From NCBI RefSeq assembly GCF_006345805.1, contig NC_042997.1, positions 156,860,001-156,924,000 of the forward strand: 64,000 nucleotides of DNA, in the 5' to 3' direction. Of the stretch, positions 14,283 to 26,745 are shown piece after piece. Position numbers and translations under genes: made by a program. Each line of letters starts with the position of its first letter. Position 1 is the first letter of the stretch. The notes beneath the pieces are model-generated. The model saw nothing but the letters and a program-made list of their open reading frames with translations, was not told the DNA's origin and ran no database searches. The stretch comes from Octopus sinensis (Eukaryota).

Positions 14283-15025
14283 ATTTCGTTTTTGGATTTG
14301 GTTTGCATGATTCTTTATGTGAGTTCATGTGTTGAAGCATATTTTATTGTGTGTGAGGAAAGTCATTCTCTTTCACTGCTTTATTATTTAACATACTATG
14401 TCCACTGCTAACACCACCCTGGATCCCCAAAGTACCCCGATCCCCAAAGTACCCCGGACCTCGTTGCCCCCGTGCCGCTGACACGTTAAAATGCTCGAAC
14501 CGATCGTGACGATGCCGGACCCTCCGGCCCCTGTGCAGGTGGCACGTAAAAAGCACCCAATCCACTCACGGAGTGGTTGGCGTTAGGAAGGGCATCCAGC
14601 CGTAGAAACTCTGCCAGATTCAGACTGGAGCCTGGAGCGGCCCCTGGCTTCCCAGACCCGGTCGAACCGTCCAACCCGTGCTAGCGCGGAAAGCGGACGT
14701 TAAACGATGATGATGATGATGATGATGATGATACTCACCAGTTTGGTTTCCACTCTCATTTACTTATTTATATTTTCTAAAATTTTCATTGCATCTTGCA
14801 ACCTTTTCGATAGTCATTGACTCTGTCCATTATCTGAGCTGCGTTCTTTCTTGTTTCAAAAGAACGCAGCTTGGGTAATAAACAGAGTCAATGACTATCG
14901 AAAAGGTTGCAAGATGCAATGAAAATTTTAGAAAAAATAAATATGTAAATGAGTGGAAACTAAACTGGTGGGTGTGTTAAATAATAAAGCACTGAAAGAG
15001 AATGACTCTCTCCAGAAGCAACAAT
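14283..15025. mobile_element. Foldback repeat family copy 2 with a nested CpG-rich RTE-tail insertion (~14398-14730)
   Basis: Long inverted arms centred near 14852. The insertion ends in (GAT)n with possible short TSD atact. Confidence 0.75.
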
Positions 15026-16389
15026 ATATATGTATATATTTGATTAATGCAAGAGACGGAAGACGGAAGATACAAGTGTGTTTATTGATCACTACAATAG
15101 TTTTGACCCATCTGGCATTGATCCCTCACAGGCGGGATACTGTACAGCTGATTTAGGAGTATCTGTGAATGTAGATGTGTCTCATATATATATATATATA
15201 AACACACACACACACTCACATACACACACACACACACACATAAAGTTTAAGCAATGTATCACATCAGACCCTTGTTTGATCCCTGAGTTAAAACTTGTTA
15301 AACAAAGTCAACATAAAAATGTGTGGAAAAACAAGTAACAAAATCATATAATCAATTACAATAATATTTCGAGAGGGTGGGGAGGGAGGTGGAAAGCTGC
15401 AGAGCAATGAAAATTGTGAAACCATCCATATTTGCTGTTGGTCAAGCAGAACTGTGATCAAAAGCAATCCAGTCTTTTTGGATATTTATAACTAATTACA
15501 TTGATCAATATGTTCTATTTTTTTTTTCTAAATATGGGTGTGTTTTTAGGGAGACGTATTTGGTTGCTATATTTGGCAGGTTGAGCATCTGTGTCCCGGC
15601 CTACCATACAATTTTAACAATTACGGGTCAATTGGGTGGAAGAAGATCAACAAAGCTTTTAAGAAAATAAAAAAAAAGGCTGGAAATAATTGGCAGTCAT
15701 GAATTTATGGAAATAAATATCAGAAATGATATCACTTTCAACTTGAAGAAAAAGCAAGATTTGTTCTTTACAAAAATATAAGAAGACTTGTACAAAAAAT
15801 AGAAATCATGAAACATTTTATAATTCTTCTTTGATATAATACAATCTAGTTAAACCCTGATCAAGAGCAGAAGACACCCTTGGCACCAAATCTTCCATTC
15901 ATAGCAGTTAACATTCAATAAAAAAAAATAATTAAATTCAAAGTATTTGCAACTATAACTTATTGGCAATCAAATTTTTGGTTAGTTTTTGTTTTTGATG
16001 TCATAAAGCTTCAGTAAACACTGTTTAAGCAGGTTGATCAAGGAAATTAACTGTCTCATATGATACAGAAACTTATCCAAATTTATGTGTCCTAGCTAAG
16101 TGATATTGTTTTTATCATTGGCACACTATTCAAAGATTTAGAATTCAACTCTTTTCTAATTATATATCTAATGAATAGACTGCCAATGAGTTTGAATTAA
16201 TTTTATAACATAATTAACATTTTGGAGGACGTTTAACAAAATATTTCTCTGTCACTTTTATATATTTGCATATATTATGTTGCATATATTATTTGCATAT
16301 ATTATGTTGATGTTAACCAAGTGAAATCTCATGTCATCATTCATATTGTCATCAAATTTTAATTGAGATTTCAATCTAATTATGCATAC

Positions 16390-16949
16390 TTTATTATGGG
16401 TGATCTAAGGAGAATTAATATTAATAAGGTTTGTCTCAATTTATAGATAGCAAGGAGGTTGTTGAAGAAGATTGGTTACTAAAAAGGTACATAAAGCTCT
16501 TATCATTAATACTGTTACAATTATCACACATGTTGATCATTATGGCTGTTGTTAACTTTTGTAGATTTGTAAAAGTTTTATCAATTATGACAGTTGGCTG
16601 GGTATCTAATTTCTTTTCTCTCTTAATCACATTATTTTACTTAATGTATTATGTATAATTTAATAAAAATATTATTAACAAATTATTAATAGATTAATAT
16701 TAATTTACAAATAATTTCATAAGATATAACATTTCTTTACTCAATATGTATTATTCCAAATTTGGGTGCTGATTTACCAAACCCAAGAATTTATCGAATC
16801 GCGGAAAGTTTTCCTGGGTTAATAAAGGTAACAGGCTTTTGGTTGGCAACATAATTCTTGTGACTTATTGGTGATCTTTTTCAGGGAGCATATTCCAGTT
16901 AAGATAACCATTTCAAAGAAAAGATTTTCCTTTCTGTAGATAATGTCAC
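16390..16949 (-). other. Probable terminal exon: last coding base + TGA (16948-16946) followed by AT-rich 3' UTR; candidate AATAAA at 16395-16390
   Basis: Strong acceptor ttttttttcttttcttttcttcaaattcag|G TGA, followed by repeat-poor sequence. 3' end uncertain. Confidence 0.55.
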
Positions 16950-19474
16950 CTGAATTTGAAGAAAAGAAAAGAAAAAAAACAAGTTATAAAATACTGATTT
17001 CTACTACCGACAAAAAGAGACACATTTTACAAGTGGGTGTAGTTGATTAATTAAATTGACCTTACTTCTTGAGTGGAACTTTAATTTATTGAGCCCAGAA
17101 GGATAAACAAACAAAGTTGATTTCAAAGAGGATTTGAGCTCCTAATGTAAAGCACTAAAACTAAATATCACATGACATTCTGTCGAACACTTTAACAATG
17201 CTGCCAAAAAACATGGGTCAATTGGGTGGAAGAAGGTCACTAAAAATTTTAAGAAAATATAAAAAAAAAAAGGCTGGAAATAATTGGTAATCGTGAATTT
17301 ATGGACATAAATATCAGAAATGATATCACTTTCAACTTGAAGAAAAACATTACTGACTAACAAATATGAAATAAAAACAATATAAATACAAAGAATTTAG
17401 AAGTATACAGCTAAGTGGCTATGTTGGGGTACAACAACTTATTGCATTGATCCTATTGTATTGAAGTTATTTCAGTCTGGTATTTACTTAATTGATCTCT
17501 ATCAAATAAAAAAAAGCACAACTTGATACAACACTAAACAAGCACAGACATTGGCCCAGATCAGCACACACACACACACACATACTGAGCTTTTGTACAG
17601 TTTGTTTCTCAAACCTTAATTATATGACAATGGTCAATACTAGGTGCTGTGCAGTGAGATCTAACCCAGAACCATGTGTTGGTGAAGCAAATATTTCTTA
17701 ACATTGAAAAAAAAAACAAATAATTTCTTTTCCATGATCCAAGTTCAAATCTCACTGAGGCTCACTTTGCTTTTATTCTGTCATGGGTGTTAAAAAAGTA
17801 CCATTTCAGAGCAATGCATTGCTAGAATCGGGAAAGATGCTCTGCAATGTCTGTTCAGGTTCTTTGTGCTTTGATCATAATGTCTGTGAAGACACAGTAT
17901 CAGGCTGTAGCAGTACACATTGTAATGTGGCTGGCATTAAGAAGGACATCTAGCTGTAGAAACCATGCGAAGCTGACATTAGAGCTTGACACAGCCCTGA
18001 GGTTTGCCACACCCTGTCAAACCATCCAACCCAAGTCAGCATGACAAACGGCATTGACATGATGATGATGATGATGATGACGATAGTGCTGACAATGATG
18101 ATGATGGTGATGATATCAGCTGCTCACTTTCTTTGCCTAAAAATTCCAAAGTTTCTGAAATTATTTTTTAGACATTCAGTATTATAGCCAAATGCATCAA
18201 TAACTATCAATAACTAAAGGTTGCGCCTGTTTCTACCTTCAGTATTTAGCATCGTTTCCTCTTCCTCCTCATCTCTCTGCAATTGCAATTACACTTCAAA
18301 CTTTTCTTGGTTTTTGCATAAAACTAAATAGTTACTTCAATAATTTTATCCATCAATACTATTGATCTTTAACATGGGTACAAAGCTACAAACCTTGTGA
18401 TGAGGTGTATAATCAATTATATTTACCCCCTGCACTTGATTGGTTACTTATTTTACTGATATTGGAAAAGATGAAAAGTGAAATTGAACCCAGTGGAATA
18501 CTATTGATAGAATAATATAATTAAATTAATAAATTAATAAAATAATAATTATTCCTAATTCTTTCTGTTATTAGAAGATTTCTGAAAGAATCAAAGTTGA
18601 TTTTTAACTGAACAATTTAGATTTTAACAGCGAGATATATAATTAAACCTAAATAAATCAATAGCACTCGGGCAGTGAAACAAGAGATGACTATGAAAAG
18701 TTACAAAAACAAATAAAATTAAAGGAAATATTGAAACTATGTAAAATTCAATATTTAAAGTAAAAAGAGCAGTAGATTGGCAGAATCATTTGTATGTCAG
18801 AGAAAATGACTTGGGCTGCTTATTCTTGTTCTTCACATTCTGATTTCAAATCTTGCTCGAGTCAACTTTTTTTCTTTTCTTTTTTTCTTTTCTAGGGTCT
18901 TTATCAACCTCTAAAGTATAGAAGTCAATATAACTGACTCAGATTTCTGGTTTGTCAGGAAATTATAACTGTTCTGAGTTTTAATTCCAGATCTTTTTGC
19001 TTTGACCGGCAGATTTAAAAAATTATTTCTTTGTAACTAAACACTTTTAAATTTCGTATACTGGTAGAATGTGTTTATAAAACATCTTTTTCTCTTGGCT
19101 TTCTTGAGAAAATTCTGTAGTTTGTAAGCTATTTGCTCTTTAATTTCTTGCATTTCGGCAATTTCAACCAATCAATGAGATCTATTGAGGTGAATTCAAT
19201 TTCTGCCGTAGTGTGTCAACAACATTTATTTGTGGTGTCATATGAAAATGTCACTGTTATTTATGACATATTTCATATCAGTTACGTTCGGATGAATAAA
19301 AGATTATCGTTATTAAACTTTTATTAATAAACACATATTCTAAGTTCATAACATATGCAGTTTTAATTTTCCTCTCTGTTGTACAGATACACATATTACA
19401 TATTATATATTCGTTTAAGAAAAAGATTGGGTTTATTTACATTTCTGAAGAAAAAAAGATACCCTTCCCCCCAC

Positions 19475-19557
19475 CCCTAACCTTAACTCTAACCCTAACT
19501 CCAACCCTAACTCTAACCCTAACCCAAACCCTAACTCTAACCCAACCCTAACCCTAA
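19475..19557 (-). repeat. Degenerate interstitial (TTAGGG)n tract, ~14 units
   Basis: ccctaa/ctctaa/ccttaa units on the plus strand. Confidence 0.85.
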
Positions 19558-20704
19558 AACAGATTGAAATGCAATAGATCGATACTAGGGTCATAATTAT
19601 GGGTGGACACTAAAGAGGGAACAGTTTTGTTATCCAGCTCTGTTTACAAATGACCCCTCAATTTATGGCCACAGGGTATCTTTTCTCTCATAAATAACAG
19701 TGACATTTCAATTATTATTATTTTCAAATAATTATTAGTGACATAAGCGGTATTAATACCAAAAACAATCTTCATATCCAACTTAATGTGGTTGCTTTGT
19801 TAGAATGCTGACTACTGCAGTATTCGCCTTAAGAGATCCTCTCTTATGGATGCATGGTGCATAAAAGTACACATTTAATATCGTTGGCAGTTCCGGTGCC
19901 TATATCAGTCGATTCTTATCTACCAGCGATATAAGTATAGGAACCCTTATGCATCATACATCCATATAAGAGGAACTCTAAAAGCAAATAGTTGATGTAA
20001 ATATATGCTGAACTTTATCTTGCACTGAGTGCTGACCTCAATCGGAGTGATTACTGTTGCTGTACACAGGCAACTGAATGAATCACTGCCGTAAACTGGT
20101 TAAAGTGGTTGATGTAAATATATGCTGAACCATTGTAGTGCGTTATTGCTGATCTCATTCAAGATGATTACTGTCAATGCAACTTAGTTGCTTGATAAAA
20201 ACAAAAAAAAAACGTCATGGGGATAAGGGTACAGGTGTCTTTGGAGTGCTCAACCACTTGGAAGTTAAATCATGAGCAGGTTGTTCTGTTCATTGGATCA
20301 ACTGGAACACTTGTTATTGTAGTGGATAGTATGCCAGTGTGTGTGTGTGTGTAAGAGAGAAAGAGAGAGAGAAGAAGAGAGAAAGAGAAATATGTAGAAT
20401 TGATCTCCGTACTTGACACGTACTTTATTTATTGACCCTCCCTACTCCATCCATGTAATATGAATGTAAAGTTGATCAGGCTTTGAAGTCAGAGAATTGT
20501 GCAGCATTCATTCCAAATGCTGCAAAGAGTTTTATCTGATGCCACAAATGTCCCTACCAATTAGCTGCCTTCTATCCAAAGTGTCTTCTTTTGAAGACGG
20601 TAGTGTGTAATTCGAAGGAGATTTGGTTACTATTTCTAGTAGGCCTGAAAACCACCACATAAAGGCCTCCCTCAGTGACCTGTTGTTAATTGTTTACTAC
20701 TCAC

Positions 20705-20786
20705 AAAGTTGTTTTAGCAATGCTAGTTCTCTCAGCAGAGGAAACATCTCCTGAGTTATCTCCAAGACTGATGTCTGCCACATTTG
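20705..20786 (-). CDS. Probable downstream SLC26A11-like exon: (T)NVADISLGDNSGDVSSAERTSIAKTT(L)
   Basis: Branch-point-like CTAAT + ctttcctgcatctctacag acceptor, donor TTT|gtgagt, 82 nt. Read as phase 1/2 it joins the next exon to give TTG TGA. Link to the STAS exons is inferred. Confidence 0.6.
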
Positions 20787-23134
20787 CTGTAGAGATGCAG
20801 GAAAGATTAGATGATAGCATGAAGATGGAGCAATGGATGGGGGCGGGGTAGGGTGGATGGGTGGGTGGCAAGAAAGAGATTGGTAATGCTGACTGATAGG
20901 ATATGTGGGTGTGGTGGTTGTAAAGGGTGGAGAAATGTGGTTGGTCTGTGTATCGCTGGCAGGACGTTCTACTAGGAAATAAAGAGCCTCACTTGTTTAC
21001 TCACATGCATACACACACAAACTGATGCATACATGTATGTATATGTGTATATAAATATATATATATGCATGTGTGTGTATGTGTGCATCTGCATATAAAT
21101 AAATATATATTCACACACACAGACACACGCACATATATATACATCTACATTATATATGTGTATTACATACATATATATTATTCGCTCACACACACATATA
21201 TGCATTTAAATGATGATGATATACATATAAGTGCTCATATATATATAGATATATACATGTGTGTATATATATATATATATATATACATGGTGTGTGTATA
21301 TATATATACAAGTATACATATATATACACATACATATATGTATATACATGAATGTATACATAGGTATATTATGCATAAACACACCATAGGGCCTACCATG
21401 GAAACAGTATAGTTTAGCAAAACATCAACAAACACGATGACATATTGTCTATTCATGGTGATGCAAGTGGGCGTCTAGCACGCGGATGAAGAGGAATAGG
21501 TGGAGGTGGAGAGTGACTGATGTCTGCAGCAAATATTTACAAGTAACAAGCAACATGTTATGAATGGTGCAGCTGTAGAAATATCAGGATATTGGTGTAA
21601 AAGGCCATGCAATATTTAATCATGTCCATTTTTTTTTTTTTTTAGTACTGAATTTAAATTCTGCTTGAGTAGACTTTGTTTTTCATCCCAATAAGAGCAA
21701 GCAAGTGGCGATAATATTAAAAATTTTTTTTTTTTTTGATAAATTGTTTGGACTGGTGGGAGTGAAGGCTCATGCACATGTTCTTAAAGGGACCCTCTGA
21801 GACTGGTGTGATAAATGTGGTTAAAATTGTTCACGAACAGTTTACATAAGAACAGAGCCTTAAATTCTTGGTGGTGGTGGTGGTGATTGATGGGGTGGGC
21901 GTGCAGGAATGAAGTTGATTATATTGACCTCAGTACTTGGTTGATATTTTATTTTATCAATTGTGGAAGGGTGACAAGCAAAGTTGTCTGTCCTGTATAC
22001 ATTTATGTAAACTCACCAAATCTTAATTTGGGGTAATAGCAAATGAATAGAGAGCCCAAGAAAAAGCCTTTCATTTTCTTATTTCCCCATTTTATATGAA
22101 AGTATATTTTGCTTTTCAAAAGGCTGGTGAGATAAATACTGGTCATATACAGCTTTTGATTTAATTTCTATAACTCATTCACCCCACTTTGAATTTGAGG
22201 TGTTTTGCCTATGAAAAATATCATCATCATTGTTTAACGTCCATTTTCCATGCTGGACGATTTGACTGAGGTCTGGAAAGCCAGTGGCTGCACCAGGCTC
22301 CAATCTGATCTGACAATGTTTCTACAGCTGGATGCTTTTCCTAATGCCAACCACTCTGAGAGTGTAGTGGGTGCTTTTTATGTGCCACCAGCACAGGAAC
22401 CAGTCAGGCAGGCCTGGCATCAATCACATTCATATGATGCATTTTACATGCCATCAGCACAGGAGCCTGTCAGGGGGCACTGGCTACAGCTATAATTTTG
22501 GTTTTACTTGACTGAACAGGTCTTCTCAAGCATATCATATCACCCGATGCATCAAATGGGCCAGACATGCAACACTGGCATCGGCCATGGCTGTGATCTC
22601 ACTTTAGTTGCTGAGTCTTCTTAATCATAGCATATCTCCAAAGGAGATATGTGGTCAATATATCAATTACTTTGTAGAAATATCACAAATAGAGCAAAAT
22701 TGGTTTACTTTTCTAATGATGATGATGATGTTGATGATGATAGTAATGATGATGATGATGGTAATGATGATGGTGATTGTAATGAAGACAAGTGATGCTA
22801 CTGTTGTTGATGATGGTAGTGATGATGATGACGATGATGATGATGATGGTAATGATGATAATGATGATGGTGATTGTAATGATGACAACAAGTGATGCTA
22901 CTGCTGTTGATGATGGTAGTGATGATGATGACGACGATGATGATTTGTGGATGCAGCCACAGGTCACTTCTGATTGAGGAGATGTATAGCATTTAAACAG
23001 GCGTCCAAAAGACTAGGTCCAATTGTAGACTCATATCTCTGAATATGGCACACTCCTGTCTAGTTGAGCCTTCATGTTGGATTCTCTTTCTATCATCATC
23101 TCTGGTTATTTTTCTAAGTAATGGAGATAACCTC

Positions 23135-24050
23135 TAACAGTGTAAAGAAAGGGATTGCTCAGTGCCTAAAACATTGAGCAAAGAATATAAGCAGTGATTG
23201 TGATACCCACCACGAAGAAATGATCAAGCTCAGTAACAATCTATTAAGCAACAACTACCCTAAAAACATACTATCTACTCCAATTATGAAGAAATGACAG
23301 GATGAGACCAATAAACTGTCCAGTCTGTCTACCCTATGTGAAAGGCCTCTCCGAAAAGATACAAAAGATACGTGGCCCATATGACATCAGGACAGTATTC
23401 AAGAGTAATACAACATTTTGCAAATATCCCCGTTGGGTAAAACCACCAATAGAAGAGAATATGACCAAAAACTGCATGTACTCCATCCCATGCAGCTGTG
23501 GTAGGTTACACAAAGGGGAAACATGCCACCCCCTCAAATTAAGGGTAGAGGAACATCGCAAAGCTGTGACAAGGGGAGATATTGATAAATTGGGTATAGC
23601 TGATCACGTATGGAAAAATGGAGACCACCTGCCCCTGTGGGGTGAAGTTAAAATAATAGACAGAGAAAAACCACTGGAAAATACAAAAACTAAAAGAAGC
23701 AGCACATATGCTAGGACACAACGACCTCCTAAGCAGACTGAGTGAAGGTATGAGTAGCATATGAGAACCAGTATTAGGGAAGGATAGGAAAATATTAGAT
23801 TAATAAGCCCTAAAAATTCACTCCATAATTGCCCATGAGCGTATGGCATAGTGGTTAAGAGCGTGGGCTACTAACCTCAAGATTCTGAGTTTGATTCCAG
23901 GCAGTGACCTGAATAACAGTAACAACAACAATAATAATAATAATAACATTGAAAAATACTTTAAGAATGAGAACCCAGGTTCGAAATTTCCCCAGGACAC
24001 CTGATGAAGGCTGGAGAATATATCAGTCAAAACGTTGAATGTAAATAATG
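23135..24050 (+). mobile_element. Penelope-like retroelement 3' fragment (RT C-terminus + GIY-YIG endonuclease, disrupted) with tRNA-like segment and hammerhead remnant at its 3' end
   Basis: Translation KKGIAQCL...NNYPKN, LPYVKGLSEKI, KNCMYSIPCSCGRLHKGET...RVEEH...IADH (GIY-YIG), with stops and frameshifts. Confidence 0.85.
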
Positions 24051-24108
24051 TACTTTGATATAGTCACTATATTTAAAAAAGGATGTACTAAAATATTTCT
24101 AAGATAAC

Positions 24109-25112
24109 AGAATGTCGCCAACCTTTGGGGAAGAAGTTTGTGTATAGCATGTATTTTGTGTGTAAGCACTTTTGTTACTCAACTTCTCAAACATGTCTTC
24201 TGGACTAATGGTGGAGAAGTTATTGCAATAGTGTTGACTATTTCCAGTTTAGTTTTGGATTAAGAATTTTCATAAAGTTTTCCTCTGTTGCCTTTCATAG
24301 ATGATGATTTCATCATTATTTTGTAAAAGAGGAATATTCTAAATTTTCCATTTGCATAAATACCTAGTTGTTTACTACATAAAACAGCAGTTCTTAACCT
24401 GGGGGTCACTTGGGGTTTATCAGGAGTGGGGTGGAGCGTGGAGGTGTGGTCATAGAGGGTTTGGGAGAAAGTAATTTATTTCATGTATCTGAGGTATTGC
24501 ATTGCAGCTGCATTGCTGTATTGCAGTGTCATGCATTGCAGCTGCTAGTGGTATTATCACTAGTGGTAAGTGCTTCACTCCTGCTCTGTGACTCCCATTC
24601 GATGACCATAAAATTTATCATAGGGGTCACAGTAATACCCTGGAGAGCCTCAGGGGATAAAACGATGAAAAGAGTTAGGAACCACTGACATGGAACGTTT
24701 CTAATAGGTGAACCTCTAACTTGCTGTTTGTACATGTTTACTGTATCACATGTCCACAATGTAATGGGAATTATATTGGGGAAACAGGAACAAAACTCAC
24801 CAATCATATAAATGTACACAAACAGCAATTTAAAGAAGATTCATCTCTAAGAAATGTTCCATGTAGAAAATATCTAGAAATTTGTGCAAATGGAAAATTT
24901 AAAATATTCCCCTTTTACAAAAAAAAAAGATAAAAATTATCAACTTTGAAAGGTAAGAGAATACTTTATAAGAAAAATAAGTCCAAAACTAGACCAGAAA
25001 TAGTCAGCACCATTACTAAAAACAACTTGAAAAGTTGAACAACAAAAATGTTCACACACAAAATACACACTGTATACAAACTTCTTCTCCAAAGGTTGAT
25101 GACATTCTGTTG
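24109..25112. mobile_element. Two inverted GIY-YIG (Penelope-like) fragments; the left arm is interrupted by a hAT-type MITE
   Basis: Plus arm encodes VYCITCPQCNGNYIGETGTKLTNHINVHKQQ. The reverse complement of 24109-24384 and 24688-24740 aligns with ~24805-25110. Confidence 0.75.
24385..24687. mobile_element. hAT-like MITE
   Basis: TIRs cagcagttcttaac / gttaggaaccactg; 8-bp TSD acataaaa / acatggaa (6/8). Confidence 0.7.
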
Positions 25113-26745
25113 CTTGCTTAAATAAAAGTTTTTTACTGCATGGCACCTTTGGCAAGTGTCTTCTACTATAATCTCAGGTTGACCAAAGCCTTGTGAGTGG
25201 ATTTGGGAGACAGAAATGAAGGAAGTTTGCTTTGTGTGTGTGCGTGTGTGTGTATATATATATATATATATTCTGATATATATACGTATATATATATATA
25301 TATATATACGTATATATCAGAAACTGAAAGAAGCCTGTCATATATATTTGTGTGTGTGTGTGTGTGTGTGAGCACACGTGTGCATGTGTTTCTCCCCCAC
25401 CAACACTTGACAACCAAGGTTGTTCTATTTACATCCCCGTAACTTAGCAGTTCAGCAAAAGAGACCGATAGAATAAGTACCAAGCTTTAAAATAAAAAAA
25501 AGTACTCGGGTTGATTTGTTCAACTAAAATCCTACAAGGCAGTGCCCCAGTATGGCCACAGTCCAATGACTGAAACAAGTAAAAGATAGGCATACTCCAA
25601 CCTCAGATGTGTTGTCTCATCTCACCGCCTTCTCCAACACTACTACTACTACTACTACTACAGTAAACTCTGCTCCTTGAAGATCACTAGTCTTATACTC
25701 CCTACACAGGTGCTCCTGCCTAATTTGTACTCTCCTTTTATTGCTCATGTTGTGACTAATCTGCCAGGCACTGCATAAATCACAATACAAGTCCTTTCTT
25801 CCTAGAGCATTGGCTCTCATCTCGCTTATGTCTTTCCTTGCAGTCATCAACTTACAACATTTATAGTTGTGAGCTGGCAGAATTGTTATCATGTCAAAGA
25901 AAAGTTTAGTAGCATTTCTTTTGGCTCTTTACAATCTGAGTTCCTGCTGAGGCTGACTTTGTCTTTCATCTTTTCAGGGTCAATAAAATAAAGTTCCAGT
26001 TGAGCACAGGTGTCAACGTAATCAACTTATTGCCTCCCCTAAAACTGCTGGTCTTGAGCCAATATTTGAAACCATTAACTTAGATGTCTTGTTATTATAT
26101 TTCTGTTGAAACACACTGCCTTTGTTTTTGTTGATTTTCAAAATAATACTCTTTTACTCTTTTACTTGTTTCAGTCATTTGACTGTGGCCATGCTGGAGC
26201 ACCACCTTTAGTCGAGCAAATCGACCCCAGGACTTATTCTTTGTAAGCCTAGTACTTATTCTAGTACTTTTGCCGAACTGCTAAGTTATAGGGACGTAAA
26301 CACACCAGCATCAGTTGTCAAGCGATGTTGGGGGTGACAAACACAGACACACAAGCACAGACACACACACACACACATATATACGATGGGCTTCTTTCAG
26401 TTTTCCGTCTACCAAATCCACTCACAAGGTTTTGGTCGGCCCGAGGCTATAGTAGGAGACACTTGCCCAAGGTGCCACGTAGTGGGACTGAACCCAGAAC
26501 CATGTGGTTAGTAAAGCAAGCTACTTACCACACAGCCACTCCTATGCCTATACTGAAAAATTTTGTAAAATAATTTTGTCATTATTAGATTGAAATCACT
26601 TTAACTCTTTAACATTTGGATTTCTCTATCAAATATAATGCTTATTTATTCACATTGATAAAAATTATTCATGCATTACCTTGTAGCTTTGAGATGTCAA
26701 TGATGTGATTGTTTATTTTTAGAATAATATTGTAGGGTAAGTGTG

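Noticed and set aside
23837-23909. Possible functional tRNA gene
   Set aside because: Acceptor and T stems do not pair well and the B box is mutated; treated as a retroelement tRNA-like head.
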